Below, piece by piece: positions 8,999 to 19,012 of a DNA stretch of 35,374 nucleotides. The notes under the pieces were generated by a model, which saw only the letters and a list, made by a program, of their open reading frames with translations, had not been told where the DNA came from and did not search any database. The DNA is from a virus. Its lineage: Duplodnaviria > Caudoviricetes. How positions within the stretch are numbered: the stretch's first letter is position 1; every line of letters starts with the position of its first letter. The stretch covers positions 1-35,374 of the IMG/VR virus record IMGVR_UViG_3300036546_000131; one strand, 5' to 3'. Both the position numbers and the translations under genes were made by a program.

Positions 8999-10486
8999 TT
9001 AATTAAATTCATAGCCAATTGCAACAACACCGCTTAAACCTCTAAACTGTGACACAATTGCTGTTGGTGCATAAACGCTATAAATACCGCTTGCAACATC
9101 AAGTGATACTGTTAAAGTCTTTTTAAAAGATTTAATTGCCTCTGCTCCACCTTGAACAAGTGCCATTGCAACCATATCTTCATAAAGTCCAACAATATAT
9201 GCTTTTACACTTACCGTGTTTGTCATTGCAACACCTGCAACTAAATCACCGCCTGTTGCTCTTGTTTGCCCAAACTCTTTTTGTGAATTTACAAATAAAT
9301 ATTCTTGAACTGCAAGTGATGTATCAACCGCATTAAGATATTTAAAAGTTTTATCTTCAATTCCTGTGTTATCATATTTGTATAATGTTACCATTGTTCC
9401 TAAAACAACACCAATTGTTGCAGGTACAAATAAACTTACTCCTGCATCATTTAAATCTTGTACTTGCTCAATGATTAATTCATTTTTTGGTTGGTCATAA
9501 CTCATTGGTGTGTTGTGGTAAGGTAACGATGATTTATTAATTCCACCAAATGCCTCTTGTGCTTCAACAACTAAACTTCCAATAACTGCACCATCTGTAA
9601 GCCTTAATGCTCTTTTTGCACCAAATTCTGCTGTTGCAAGTAATGGCAATGCGTTGTATTTCATTTCATCAACATTTCCAATAACAACCATTGTTTTTGA
9701 ATTTTTACTATTTGCAAAGTTTTTAACAGTTGTGTAACTTCCATTCATCATAGTAATACCGCTACCACCTTTTACTGTGTTGCTCATATTTACTCTGCTT
9801 TCAAGCCATTCTTCAACTGCATCAAAATTCATTGCACTATCAAACAATACTGTTTGGTATCTTTTGTTTACATTGTCAAAAATTCCATCTACATCATAAG
9901 CACCTGCACCACCTGTAAATTGAACAACTGAAAAAGATAACCCAAGAACTCTTGTGTTAATTCTTGATGTAATTCCATTTGCAACTTCACCTGCAATATC
10001 AAAATCAATTAAAACCAATCCTGTATCGCCTGCATCAATTGATGCTGTAAATGGATAATTTTTTGCATTAATTGCATTCATAATTTTAATTGCAACTTCA
10101 CCTGCTGTTTCATCTTTTATAACTGTTGCACTAAACTCAAACGCATCATCACCAACTTTAAAGTTTAATGTTTTGTTTTCGCTTGCTGTTCCCGTTACGC
10201 TAATTCCACCTTGTGCTTTTGTAGCACCCACAGGCTCTGCAAGTGGAATAATATCAATTTCATTTGCTTTGTTGTACTTTTTAATTCTATTGTATGCCAT
10301 TGTTGCCATACTGTTTGCACCACAAAGTGTTTCAATTTCTGTTTGCTGTACATCTTCAAGCAATCCTTTTGCTACTGCTTCACCTGTTGCTTGTGCAATT
10401 AGCAAAATTCTTTGTTCGCCAAAACCTGCTTTACTATCACCTGCCATTACTTGCCAATTTATAATTGGCGCTTGTAAATCTGCCAT
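8999..10486 (-). CDS. Contractile tail sheath protein (Mu gpL-like)
   Basis: RILLIAQ, CG.NSMA..., GGAG and VT.YK.D..G..D..F.YLN.V.T motifs; 495 aa. Confidence 0.88.
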   Translation of the reverse strand: MADLQAPIINWQVMAGDSKAGFGEQRILLIAQATGEAVAKGLLEDVQQTEIETLCGANSMATMAYNRIKKYNKANEIDIIPLAEPVGATKAQGGISVTGTASENKTLNFKVGDDAFEFSATVIKDETAGEVAIKIMNAINAKNYPFTASIDAGDTGLVLIDFDIAGEVANGITSRINTRVLGLSFSVVQFTGGAGAYDVDGIFDNVNKRYQTVLFDSAMNFDAVEEWLESRVNMSNTVKGGSGITMMNGSYTTVKNFANSKNSKTMVVIGNVDEMKYNALPLLATAEFGAKRALRLTDGAVIGSLVVEAQEAFGGINKSSLPYHNTPMSYDQPKNELIIEQVQDLNDAGVSLFVPATIGVVLGTMVTLYKYDNTGIEDKTFKYLNAVDTSLAVQEYLFVNSQKEFGQTRATGGDLVAGVAMTNTVSVKAYIVGLYEDMVAMALVQGGAEAIKSFKKTLTVSLDVASGIYSVYAPTAIVSQFRGLSGVVAIGYEFN

Positions 10487-10498
10487 AGTTTCCCCTTG

Positions 10499-11212
10499 TT
10501 AGTTTATTTTAACATCATCAAGCAATGCTTCAAAGTGCTTAACTCTGTTTTTAATTATATCATTAATTTTCATATCTTCAAGATAAGAAAAAGCCATATC
10601 AACACAATAAAACTTTTCTGCAAAAAATCTATCTTTCACATTGTCAAATCTTATTAGTGTTTTATCTTCATCACCTGTTTCAATTACACTATTTGCAATT
10701 ACTTTATCAATTACATCATTGCATCCACCAATCACTTGCAAATCTGATGCTTTTATTTTATACATTACACCAAACTTTACTTGTATCATTTGTGTGTTGT
10801 CTTGACTTATTGAATATTTGTAATTATTTTGTGTGTTTTGTGTTGCATCCCAATATACAATTGCAATATTGTTTATTTTTTTATCCACCATCATTTCAAG
10901 TGCAAAATCTCTTTTTATTGCTGTTCCAACATTTACTTTGTGTAAAGTAATATTATGTGTTAGTTGGTCGTTTCCGAAAAAGCATTGTGCAAGTGCAACA
11001 CCATTTTCAAAACTGTGTAAATCATTCAAACAACTCTTTGATGCTATTCCATCAACTCCACCGCTTATTGTGTATTCACCATCTGCACCAGCAATTGAAA
11101 TTGTGTTGTTTTGTGTAACACAACTTGTGTTTTGTGTGTATGTGTCAAAAAGTTGTGTATATTGTGGAATATTTGCCATCATTCTTTTTACTATTGCATC
11201 AAACATTTTCAA
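10499..11212 (-). CDS. Putative tail terminator/completion protein
   Basis: Position only (between the neck genes and the sheath). Confidence 0.4.
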   Translation of the reverse strand: MKMFDAIVKRMMANIPQYTQLFDTYTQNTSCVTQNNTISIAGADGEYTISGGVDGIASKSCLNDLHSFENGVALAQCFFGNDQLTHNITLHKVNVGTAIKRDFALEMMVDKKINNIAIVYWDATQNTQNNYKYSISQDNTQMIQVKFGVMYKIKASDLQVIGGCNDVIDKVIANSVIETGDEDKTLIRFDNVKDRFFAEKFYCVDMAFSYLEDMKINDIIKNRVKHFEALLDDVKIN

Positions 11213-11594
11213 ACCTTATGTTTTTATCTAATTCATCATTTATCACTTTGTCAATTTTTGATTTACTTTCCAATATTGATTTTGTGTAATTTGGTCTTTT
11301 ATCCATTTTTGATGTTCCATCTTCAAGATATTTTGCATAATCCACTTTTTCATTTCCTGCACCAAATTCAAGTGTGTTTTTGTCAATTTCAAATCTTATT
11401 GTGTCGTTTAATGCACCGCTTAGATTGTTTGGACTTTCACCCGCTCTTGATGCAATGTGTGCTTTTCCACCAATAATGTAAACTCTACCAACTGAAACTT
11501 TATCCATATTTGATTTTGCTTTATCAACAAGAACATCACCAATTTCACTTAATGCGTTTTTTGCAAAATTATCAAAATCAAATTTAAACATCAT
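11199..11594 (-). CDS. HK97 gp10-like neck/tail completion protein
   Basis: H.AS..GE.P...SG.L..TI and YAKYLE.GT.KM..RP motifs. Confidence 0.75.
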   Translation of the reverse strand: MMFKFDFDNFAKNALSEIGDVLVDKAKSNMDKVSVGRVYIIGGKAHIASRAGESPNNLSGALNDTIRFEIDKNTLEFGAGNEKVDYAKYLEDGTSKMDKRPNYTKSILESKSKIDKVINDELDKNIRFENV

Positions 11595-12172
11595 AGCACC
11601 TCAATACAATTTATTGCCAATAGCGTGTTTGTTTCATTGATGTTTTCAATTGTTAAAACTTCAAAGTTTCTTTCACCCCATTCAATTAAATCACTTGCAC
11701 TTACATTATCAATATATTTTAATACAAAAATGTGTGTTGGCACTTTTGCACCTTGCAATGCAAATTGCAAATAATCTGTTGGCTTAACTGTTTTAAGTCT
11801 TGCATTTGCTGTTATTGGCTCATTTGTGCTTACATTTGGTAAATTACACCCCTGTGTATTTAATGATTGATTTTTTATTGTAATTTGCTTGTCAAAATCA
11901 TCTTTATAACATAGAGTTTCACAATAAGATAACTTTCCGCTTGTGTACACAGGTTTTGCCTCAATTACACCAAAGTTTTCATTTTTTAACACAATCACAT
12001 CATCAAGCAACACATTTTCTTTTGTGTGTATAACTTCAATATCAAATGATGTGTATATTGCATTCTTTGAAACATAGTATGTTTTTTTGCTGTCTTCAAA
12101 ATATGCTTTTGTGTTTACACCGTTTAGTGCTATTCTTTCACCATACTTTGAAATTAATCTTGTATTATTCAT
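11591..12172 (-). CDS. Head closure / head-tail adaptor protein
   Basis: C-terminal THIF..KY...V...D.I.W..R.FEV..IENI.E resembles SPP1 gp16-type head closure proteins. Confidence 0.6.
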   Translation of the reverse strand: MNNTRLISKYGERIALNGVNTKAYFEDSKKTYYVSKNAIYTSFDIEVIHTKENVLLDDVIVLKNENFGVIEAKPVYTSGKLSYCETLCYKDDFDKQITIKNQSLNTQGCNLPNVSTNEPITANARLKTVKPTDYLQFALQGAKVPTHIFVLKYIDNVSASDLIEWGERNFEVLTIENINETNTLLAINCIEVL

Positions 12173-12611
12173 ACTCTATTCCTGCAACTTTAATTGTTTT
12201 TGCTCTCAAAGGCTTTAAGAACACAAGCACATCATCATCAATTTCTAGTTTATCAAAATACACAGTCATATGTTTTGCAATCATTTCACTTTTTACATTT
12301 TTGAATATATCATCATTGCTAAACTTTAATGCTGTAAGTGCTGTTGCAAATTTTATGTTTTGTGGCAATGTAAAAACACCATCCCGTGGATATTTTAAAA
12401 GTTGATTTTCTGATGTTTTCGCACCTTGATACATCAATGCACCATCAACTGCATAGCTTGATTGAATTAACAACATTTGTTTAACTTCATCTGTTGCATC
12501 TTCCCAATTTTCTGCATTGTTTTGCTTTAGAATAATATCATCCGCATCTGCAACACTTAAATAACTGCTTGCAATCTCATAGTTTTCTTCTGTAAATGGT
12601 ACGAATATCAT
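12165..12611 (-). CDS. Head-tail connector (DnaT-like phage adaptor family)
   Basis: SYLSVADAD...W...K..LL..S..VD...G.K....Q.L.YPR motif; synteny. Confidence 0.6.
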   Translation of the reverse strand: MIFVPFTEENYEIASSYLSVADADDIILKQNNAENWEDATDEVKQMLLIQSSYAVDGALMYQGAKTSENQLLKYPRDGVFTLPQNIKFATALTALKFSNDDIFKNVKSEMIAKHMTVYFDKLEIDDDVLVFLKPLRAKTIKVAGIEYE

Positions 12612-12621
12612 CTTTTAGCCT

Positions 12622-13035
12622 TTATGAATTAAAATGTTTTGCACATTCATCTGCTGTTGCAAATGATTTTTTGTATTTATCTTTGATTGAATACCATTTG
12701 TTGCCAATCATTCTAATACCTGCATAATTTAATCTTTTTGGCTTTTCTTTTGGCTCATTACCACCTGCATCATCAACTTGTGTTTTTTTCTCTTTATTGT
12801 CTTTTGGTGTTTCATCTGTTTGTGTGCTTTCTTCACCTTTTGGATTATCACCACCTGCATCATTTTCTAACTCATCAACTAAATCTTTAAGATTTTTATA
12901 TTCTGTGTTTGAGTGTGTTGCATCTTCAAGTGCTTCAAGTTTACCAATAGCTTTGTTTAAATCTTCATTTTCAATTGTTCCTGCAAGTGCAATTGCTGTT
13001 GCAAGTAATGTTTGTACTGCTTTACTTTTTGCCAT
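12622..13035 (-). CDS. Hypothetical protein with low-complexity acidic linker
   Basis: ORF with a ribosome binding site after the capsid gene; contains DAGG.[NE]PK twice. Confidence 0.6.
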   Translation of the reverse strand: MAKSKAVQTLLATAIALAGTIENEDLNKAIGKLEALEDATHSNTEYKNLKDLVDELENDAGGDNPKGEESTQTDETPKDNKEKKTQVDDAGGNEPKEKPKRLNYAGIRMIGNKWYSIKDKYKKSFATADECAKHFNS

Positions 13036-13097
13036 AATATTTTCCTTGTATTTTATTTACACCACAACCAATAAAGGTTGTGATATTTTCATTTTAA

Positions 13098-14114
13098 TTA
13101 AAGTGCAATCCATAGAATTGTAATTGGTGATAATTTTACATCAACTGCAAGTTCGTATAATCCACCACCTTGTAATTCTGCAAGTGTTAAACCTGATTTG
13201 CTTGCATAGTCTGTTCCAAGTACACCTTTGAAGTTAAAACCAAGTGGATGTAAGATAAATAACTTTTTAGTTCCAAAATCTTCACTTCCTGCACCATTTC
13301 CTGCTTTTGCATCTTCATTGTACATCATAGGCTTTTCAATGTTATCTTTTTCTGCCCAAGCAAATGCACCCTCATCAATTAATGCAATTTTCCCATCTGG
13401 CATTACATCATCAATAACAACTTTTACATATCCATTGTAAACCCAACCTGTTGGTTTTCCTTGAATTGTTGTTTCAACACCATTAACAACTTGTGTAATT
13501 GGCGCACCAAATGTTTGTGTAAAGCTTGATGGTGCTTTTTTCTTAGAACTTGCAAATGTTTTTGAGTTCATTTGCATAGAGTACAACCCTTGCATACCCA
13601 TATCACCTTTTAACAACATTGTGTCAATAACAAGGTTATCTGTAAATGTTGCCATTCCATCACCGTTTACAAGTTCTGTAATATCTGTTGCAATACCTGT
13701 AATTGTTGATGCAATAATTTTGTTGTATGTTTCTGCCCAAAATCTACCCATAAACTCATTTACAACAAGATTTGGTGTTGATGTTTTTAAAAGGTCTTTT
13801 TGAATTGTTCTTACATTCCACCATTGATTTACATAGAATGTTTTAACATTAACTTCCTCAAATCCAACCGCAAGTGCTGTTGCTGTTGTTCCACTTGCAT
13901 CACCAAGGTTACCCTCTGCCCAAGGATACTCAACTAAAGATGTTGTAATCTTTGATTGTACATTTTGCTCATTAATAGCATTAAGTAAATCTGTTACCTC
14001 TTGCCCTGTTGTTGTTACAATACCGCTGTTTAATACTGCATTCATTTGTGTTGATTTATTAACACTTGTTGCTTTCCAATTGTTATTTAAAATAACATCT
14101 GCAATTGTTGCCAT
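13098..14114 (-). CDS. Major capsid protein
   Basis: 338 aa after the scaffold gene; G.G.E...TK..FILHP.GF motif; strong RBS. Confidence 0.8.
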   Translation of the reverse strand: MATIADVILNNNWKATSVNKSTQMNAVLNSGIVTTTGQEVTDLLNAINEQNVQSKITTSLVEYPWAEGNLGDASGTTATALAVGFEEVNVKTFYVNQWWNVRTIQKDLLKTSTPNLVVNEFMGRFWAETYNKIIASTITGIATDITELVNGDGMATFTDNLVIDTMLLKGDMGMQGLYSMQMNSKTFASSKKKAPSSFTQTFGAPITQVVNGVETTIQGKPTGWVYNGYVKVVIDDVMPDGKIALIDEGAFAWAEKDNIEKPMMYNEDAKAGNGAGSEDFGTKKLFILHPLGFNFKGVLGTDYASKSGLTLAELQGGGLYELAVDVKLSPITILWIAL

Positions 14115-14208
14115 TTTTATTTCCTCTTTTTTTGATTTATTTTTTGTGTTGTGTGTTTATTGATAATCCAATCATTAACACTTGTGTTGAAGTCCATCAA
14201 ATTAATCA

Positions 14209-14217
14209 ATTATAACA
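14209..14217 (-). promoter_or_regulatory. Extended -10 promoter (TG-T-TATAAT) upstream of the major capsid gene
   Basis: Minus strand TTTTGTGTTATAAT in the intergenic gap. Confidence 0.5.
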
Positions 14218-14232
14218 CAAAATATATAATTT

Positions 14233-14901
14233 TTAAGGTATAAAGTCTTGAATAACTTTACCACCACCATTTCCTGATGCACCGCTTTGTTGAACATCTA
14301 TATTAAAAAACATACTTTCATTTGATTTTTTTTCTGCTTCATACATCATTTTTACAACATCATCAACTGTTGCATCTTTTCCATCAATTCTTAATGTTGT
14401 TCCATCTTCATTTTTAAACATTGCTTTTCCATCTTCAAAAACTGCTTTTTTCTCAACCTCACTAATGATATAATTGTATCCATTTTTCTTTGCATTGTAT
14501 TTTGGTAATGCAATTGCAACTTCATTTGCTAGTGCCATTTTAAGCATTTCTTTTGATGTTTGTGTTTTTGTTTCATTTAATGTGTTTGTTAATTGCTCAA
14601 TCTCACCTTTTAACTGTGCAATCTCTTTATCTTTAACATCATCACCACCGCTTTTTTTGCTTTTAATTGCTTCAATTGCTTCAATAACATTTTCTGCATC
14701 AACTCCAAGCCCATTTGCTACGTTTTTTAATTTAGATTTTATCTCATCTCTTGAACTTATAGCATCAAGTTTTAATTTTTCTTGCTCACTAATTTTTTCA
14801 TCAAGTTCTGATATTTTTAATTTTACTGCATCAACAAGTTTTTGTGCTTGCTCTTTTTTTGCTTCATCTACTAATCCAAGTAATTCTAATAACTCATTCA
14901 T
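14233..14901 (-). CDS. Capsid scaffolding protein
   Basis: Coiled-coil, K/E-rich, with a C-terminal FF...SG.SG.GG motif; just upstream of the capsid gene. Confidence 0.7.
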   Translation of the reverse strand: MNELLELLGLVDEAKKEQAQKLVDAVKLKISELDEKISEQEKLKLDAISSRDEIKSKLKNVANGLGVDAENVIEAIEAIKSKKSGGDDVKDKEIAQLKGEIEQLTNTLNETKTQTSKEMLKMALANEVAIALPKYNAKKNGYNYIISEVEKKAVFEDGKAMFKNEDGTTLRIDGKDATVDDVVKMMYEAEKKSNESMFFNIDVQQSGASGNGGGKVIQDFIP

Positions 14902-14919
14902 TTTTTAACTCCATAAATT

Positions 14920-15804
14920 TTATTTGAGATTTAATCTCTTTTTTATTTCACTATTTGTGTAAAACCTTTTGCCCTTAACATCAACAAAGTTTACCAACTT
15001 TATATCTTTTTCTTTAAATAGTCTATATTTCTCAATTCCCATTAACTCCTTTCCTCTTGCTTCATTTTGCTTTAAAAATGTTTCAAGGTTTTTTTCTTTA
15101 TATGATTGTATCGACTTTCCTTTAAATACTGCAACAAACATACTTCTACAATTTGGATGCCGTGGTATTTGGTAAGGTAAATCAAACCGTGTTTTATATT
15201 GTGTTCCTTTTTCATAATACTTGTTGTGCAGGCTCATACAAATTGCACTTGTTTTATTGTCTAGTACCGCAATACTAATCCAGCCTTTTACCTCTTTTGA
15301 CAATTTCTTTTCTACAACACCATATCCATATTCTCTTGCACTTTTTGATTGTGTTCTGTAAAAAGTTTCAATTGATTGTTTATATCTTTTTAGTTCATCA
15401 TTTATCAATTGCTTTATTTGTGCTTTTTCTTCCGCCAACACATCTTGTGCTTGCACCATAAACCGTGTTAATTGTTTTTTTGTTGTATTTTTTCTTTGTT
15501 CAACAAGTTCATTAAATGTGTAACCTGCAATTATTGTTTTTTCAAAATCAAGTTTATCTTTTTCACCTGTTATGTTTTCAACCTGTTCATTTACAAATGT
15601 TCTTAAATTGCTTTTTAAATCTTCGTTTACATTTGTGTTGTTAATATATGATTTTGTTTCTGCTACTGTTTCACCGCTGTTTATTGATACAATAATTCCA
15701 AGTAGTATTTCTTTAAACTTTTCATCGCTTGCATCTTCAATTTTTTTATTTTCTGCAATTAGTTCAAAATCAATTATATTATCAACATTTGTAATATCAA
15801 GCAT
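14920..15804 (-). CDS. Minor head protein (SPP1 gp7 / Mu gpF family)
   Basis: A.LD.KTS.IC...H and P.HPNCRS motifs. Confidence 0.88.
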   Translation of the reverse strand: MLDITNVDNIIDFELIAENKKIEDASDEKFKEILLGIIVSINSGETVAETKSYINNTNVNEDLKSNLRTFVNEQVENITGEKDKLDFEKTIIAGYTFNELVEQRKNTTKKQLTRFMVQAQDVLAEEKAQIKQLINDELKRYKQSIETFYRTQSKSAREYGYGVVEKKLSKEVKGWISIAVLDNKTSAICMSLHNKYYEKGTQYKTRFDLPYQIPRHPNCRSMFVAVFKGKSIQSYKEKNLETFLKQNEARGKELMGIEKYRLFKEKDIKLVNFVDVKGKRFYTNSEIKKRLNLK

Positions 15805-15805
15805 A

Positions 15806-17122
15806 TTATCCCACCAAATCTTTTTCTATTTTTTCATTTTCTGTGTCAATATCAAAATCTTTTTGCAATCTTCCTGTTTTTAAAACTGTGTAAAAAGTAT
15901 CTCTGCTCATTTGACCTGCAAGCAATGCTTTAAATGCAATCTCTAAATTAATATATGTTGCATCAAAATCTTTTTGCATTTCAAAATTTGCATCTTTTGA
16001 TATTGTTTTGTTTTCAAGTTCTAACATAAACTTAAACAGTCTTTCAAATTTACTTTCACACTCACTTGCAATATCACTTAAAAAAGATGTGTTTTTACTT
16101 TGCTTTTGTTGTGCATCAATTACTGTTTGACTATTGTCATTCATTAAAAGGTTAAATGTTAATTTATCAATTTGGCTTTCTGTTTCTTTTATCTTTTCTT
16201 GCAACTTTCCAACACTTGCACCCTCAATTTCAACATACTCAAAACCCTCTTTTTGTCTATCTGCAAATACAAGTGCATCTTTTACACCAATTGTTACGCT
16301 GTTTTCACTTGTTTGCCCATAAAACACAGGCACAGGGCTACCAACAACACCAAGTACATTTGCAAGGCTACTTTCAAGATTTAAGTGTACTTTATTCATT
16401 ATTGCAATATCAAGTAATTTTGGTACAACTTCGTATGGTGTTAAAATTTTTCCTGTAATTACTGCAACAAGTGGAATTTCTTTTAAATTATTACTCCATT
16501 CATCTTGCATCTTTAGTTCTGCATTTGTGTTTTTTAAGTCGCTATACCAAACCTCACCACCACCAATTTTAAACACAATGTATCTTTCTTGCTCTTGTAC
16601 ACCAAATCTTCCATTTTTAACTTCAATTATTTCTTTAAACACAATTTGTTTTAACACATTATCTTCAATTTCATAACTGTATAAATCTTTATACTCATAT
16701 CTTTTTAAAAATGAACGATTAAGTTTTTTATTTGTTTCTGCACTTACAAAACATATTCCATTTGTGATTGATTTTTTTATTGTAGTTTTTATAAAACTTG
16801 TTACATCATTGTATTTCAAATCTATGTTATCAAGTTGTAGTTCTTCAAAACCTGTGTATGTTGGTTGTTTTTTTGTTACTAAGCCTGCTAACCCATCAAC
16901 CACAGGTGCGTACATATTTACAAAAGTTGTTGATGCAATTCTTGTGTTATACCCTGCATCTGTTTCACCCGTCCATTTTGGCAAATATGTGTTATTTAAA
17001 ACTTTTAATGCTCCTGTGTAGAAATCATCACATATTTTAATTTTACCTTGTATCGTTTCTAATTTTTCAAACTTTACATTTGGTAAATCAATTTGTGTAA
17101 TAGTTGCACTTGTACTCATCAA
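15806..17122 (-). CDS. Portal protein (DUF4055-like)
   Basis: YLPK..GE....Y..R...F.N, IPLV and L.DIA..N..H motifs; follows TerL. Confidence 0.85.
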   Translation of the reverse strand: MMSTSATITQIDLPNVKFEKLETIQGKIKICDDFYTGALKVLNNTYLPKWTGETDAGYNTRIASTTFVNMYAPVVDGLAGLVTKKQPTYTGFEELQLDNIDLKYNDVTSFIKTTIKKSITNGICFVSAETNKKLNRSFLKRYEYKDLYSYEIEDNVLKQIVFKEIIEVKNGRFGVQEQERYIVFKIGGGEVWYSDLKNTNAELKMQDEWSNNLKEIPLVAVITGKILTPYEVVPKLLDIAIMNKVHLNLESSLANVLGVVGSPVPVFYGQTSENSVTIGVKDALVFADRQKEGFEYVEIEGASVGKLQEKIKETESQIDKLTFNLLMNDNSQTVIDAQQKQSKNTSFLSDIASECESKFERLFKFMLELENKTISKDANFEMQKDFDATYINLEIAFKALLAGQMSRDTFYTVLKTGRLQKDFDIDTENEKIEKDLVG

Positions 17123-17160
17123 TCACCTCTTTTATTTTTTGTAAACACAATTTTTGCTTT

Positions 17161-17170
17161 ATTATACACA
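17161..17170 (-). promoter_or_regulatory. Possible -10 promoter (TGTGTATAAT) upstream of the portal gene
   Basis: Perfect TATAAT in the terL-portal gap. Confidence 0.4.
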
Positions 17171-17197
17171 ATTCTTACTAATTTTTACTTTGTGTGT

Positions 17198-18445
17198 TTA
17201 TCTTATCATATTTGGCTTTTTAATAATTTGAACAATGTTTGGCTCTTTGTTATCAATAAATACTGCATATCTTACTGCATCCAATGCGTGGTCATTTTCT
17301 TTTAGTGGCTCATCAAGTGGCTCATTGTTTCTGTCAAGTTTCCACACATACAAATCAAGTTCATTAATTACATTAACACTATTTTTTGTTACAAATATAT
17401 TCATTGATTGTATTTTGTCAATACCTGCTGTTACATCTTTTAATGCAGGCAACACATTAAACCCTGCTTTTTCAAAATCTGCTATTCTTGCAGGCTCCGC
17501 ACTATCTAAAAACCCTTTTATGTTTTGTATGTGCGGATAATTTGTTTTTAACTTGTGCATTAATTGTGTGTTAGTTAATTGTGTTTCATAAAGTAGTTCA
17601 TTGATATATAGATTGTGACCATCAATTTTAATTTCAACTGTTGCCGATGGATTATTAAATCCAAAATCTTGCCCCCATCTGTGTATTGGTGTATCTTTTG
17701 GCATTTCATCAATTATTGTGTAATCTGTGTAAATTAAGCCTTTTAACACACCCCATTTACCAAGTGCATAAACTTGATAATATGTGTAATTTGTGTGTTT
17801 TAATTTTTCCAACATTTGAATATATTTATCATCAAGAAATCTATTGTGCAAATATGTTGTGTGTAATACTGTTGCATCTTCATCTTTTAAATCAAAAAAT
17901 CTTGTTTTTAACCAATGCTTAGATGATATTGGATTAAAACTCAAAATTACTTGTTTGTAATTGTGTATGTGTTTACCTCTTAATCTCAAATCAAGCTGTG
18001 TAAAATCATCAAGCGTAAAATCACTTGCCTCTTCAAGCCATAAACCTGTAATATCTTTTATTGATTTTAGTTTCTCTTTATTGTCAAGTCCTCTAAATAT
18101 GATTTTGTTTCCATTAACACAACTTATTGTCATTTCACCTGTTTGTGCTGTTGAATAGTTAAAAAGGCTTTCCAATCCCATACTTTGAATTGCACCAATA
18201 ATTTCTGCTCTTGCACTCTCTCTTATTGTTGCCTCAACTTTTCTTGCAACTAAAAATTTGTGTTTTTGCTCTGTTAACATTCTATACACAATTTTTTGAC
18301 CAACAAACACAGATTTTCCACTGCCTGCACCACCATATAACACAAGGTATCTTGTTTTATTCATATAGTATGGCACATACACATCATTTGTCATTTGTGG
18401 CAACTGTGTTAAATCAACAGTTATGTGTTTTTGCTTTTTGCTCAT
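17198..18445 (-). CDS. terL: Terminase large subunit (PBSX family)
   Basis: Walker A GGAGSGKS, Walker B WLEEA, SFNP, and the nuclease motifs DFGF, DSAEP and NDHALDAVRY. Confidence 0.95.
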   Translation of the reverse strand: MSKKQKHITVDLTQLPQMTNDVYVPYYMNKTRYLVLYGGAGSGKSVFVGQKIVYRMLTEQKHKFLVARKVEATIRESARAEIIGAIQSMGLESLFNYSTAQTGEMTISCVNGNKIIFRGLDNKEKLKSIKDITGLWLEEASDFTLDDFTQLDLRLRGKHIHNYKQVILSFNPISSKHWLKTRFFDLKDEDATVLHTTYLHNRFLDDKYIQMLEKLKHTNYTYYQVYALGKWGVLKGLIYTDYTIIDEMPKDTPIHRWGQDFGFNNPSATVEIKIDGHNLYINELLYETQLTNTQLMHKLKTNYPHIQNIKGFLDSAEPARIADFEKAGFNVLPALKDVTAGIDKIQSMNIFVTKNSVNVINELDLYVWKLDRNNEPLDEPLKENDHALDAVRYAVFIDNKEPNIVQIIKKPNMIR

Positions 18446-18553
18446 CTTGTGTAATCCTCAACACAACTTTTGCTTTGTGTAATTATGTGTTGTGTAAATT
18501 TATGTGTTGTTTTTGTGTACACAACTTTTGTGTTGTGTTTTGTGTAACACATA

Positions 18554-19012
18554 TTATTCAAATTCCTTTGGTGCTTTAACTGTTATTATTGTGCTGTTGC
18601 CCAAATCAACTTCTTTTTCAAATGCTTTTATACTTGTGTGTTTTCCAATAATCTCTAATGCTTTGCAGGCTTCACGCAAATTTGTTTTGTGTATCTCTAT
18701 TTTTTCACTTACACCATTTTTTACACGACTTAATGTGTGTGGCTTTTCACCTTTTGCAATCTTGTATATTTCAATTGCTTCATTCAATACCCACTCTGCA
18801 TCAATTTCAAGCTTTTTTTCTCTTTCTGCTTTTAATTCGTTTATTTTTGCCTCAATGTTAGGTTTTGTCAACAGGTTGTGTGCTTGTGTTCTTGCTGTGT
18901 TGTCATTTTTTGCCTTATACCCTGCACGATAATATGCTTGTGTACCGTTTAAATCTTTTATATACTCTAAGCAAAATAATTCTTGTTTTGGTGTTAGTTT
19001 ATTATTTGCCAT
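18554..19012 (-). CDS. terS: Terminase small subunit
   Basis: LTPKQELFCLEYIKDLNGTQAY.RAGY...LL.KP.I and KALE.IGKH motifs. Confidence 0.93.
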   Translation of the reverse strand: MANNKLTPKQELFCLEYIKDLNGTQAYYRAGYKAKNDNTARTQAHNLLTKPNIEAKINELKAEREKKLEIDAEWVLNEAIEIYKIAKGEKPHTLSRVKNGVSEKIEIHKTNLREACKALEIIGKHTSIKAFEKEVDLGNSTIITVKAPKEFE

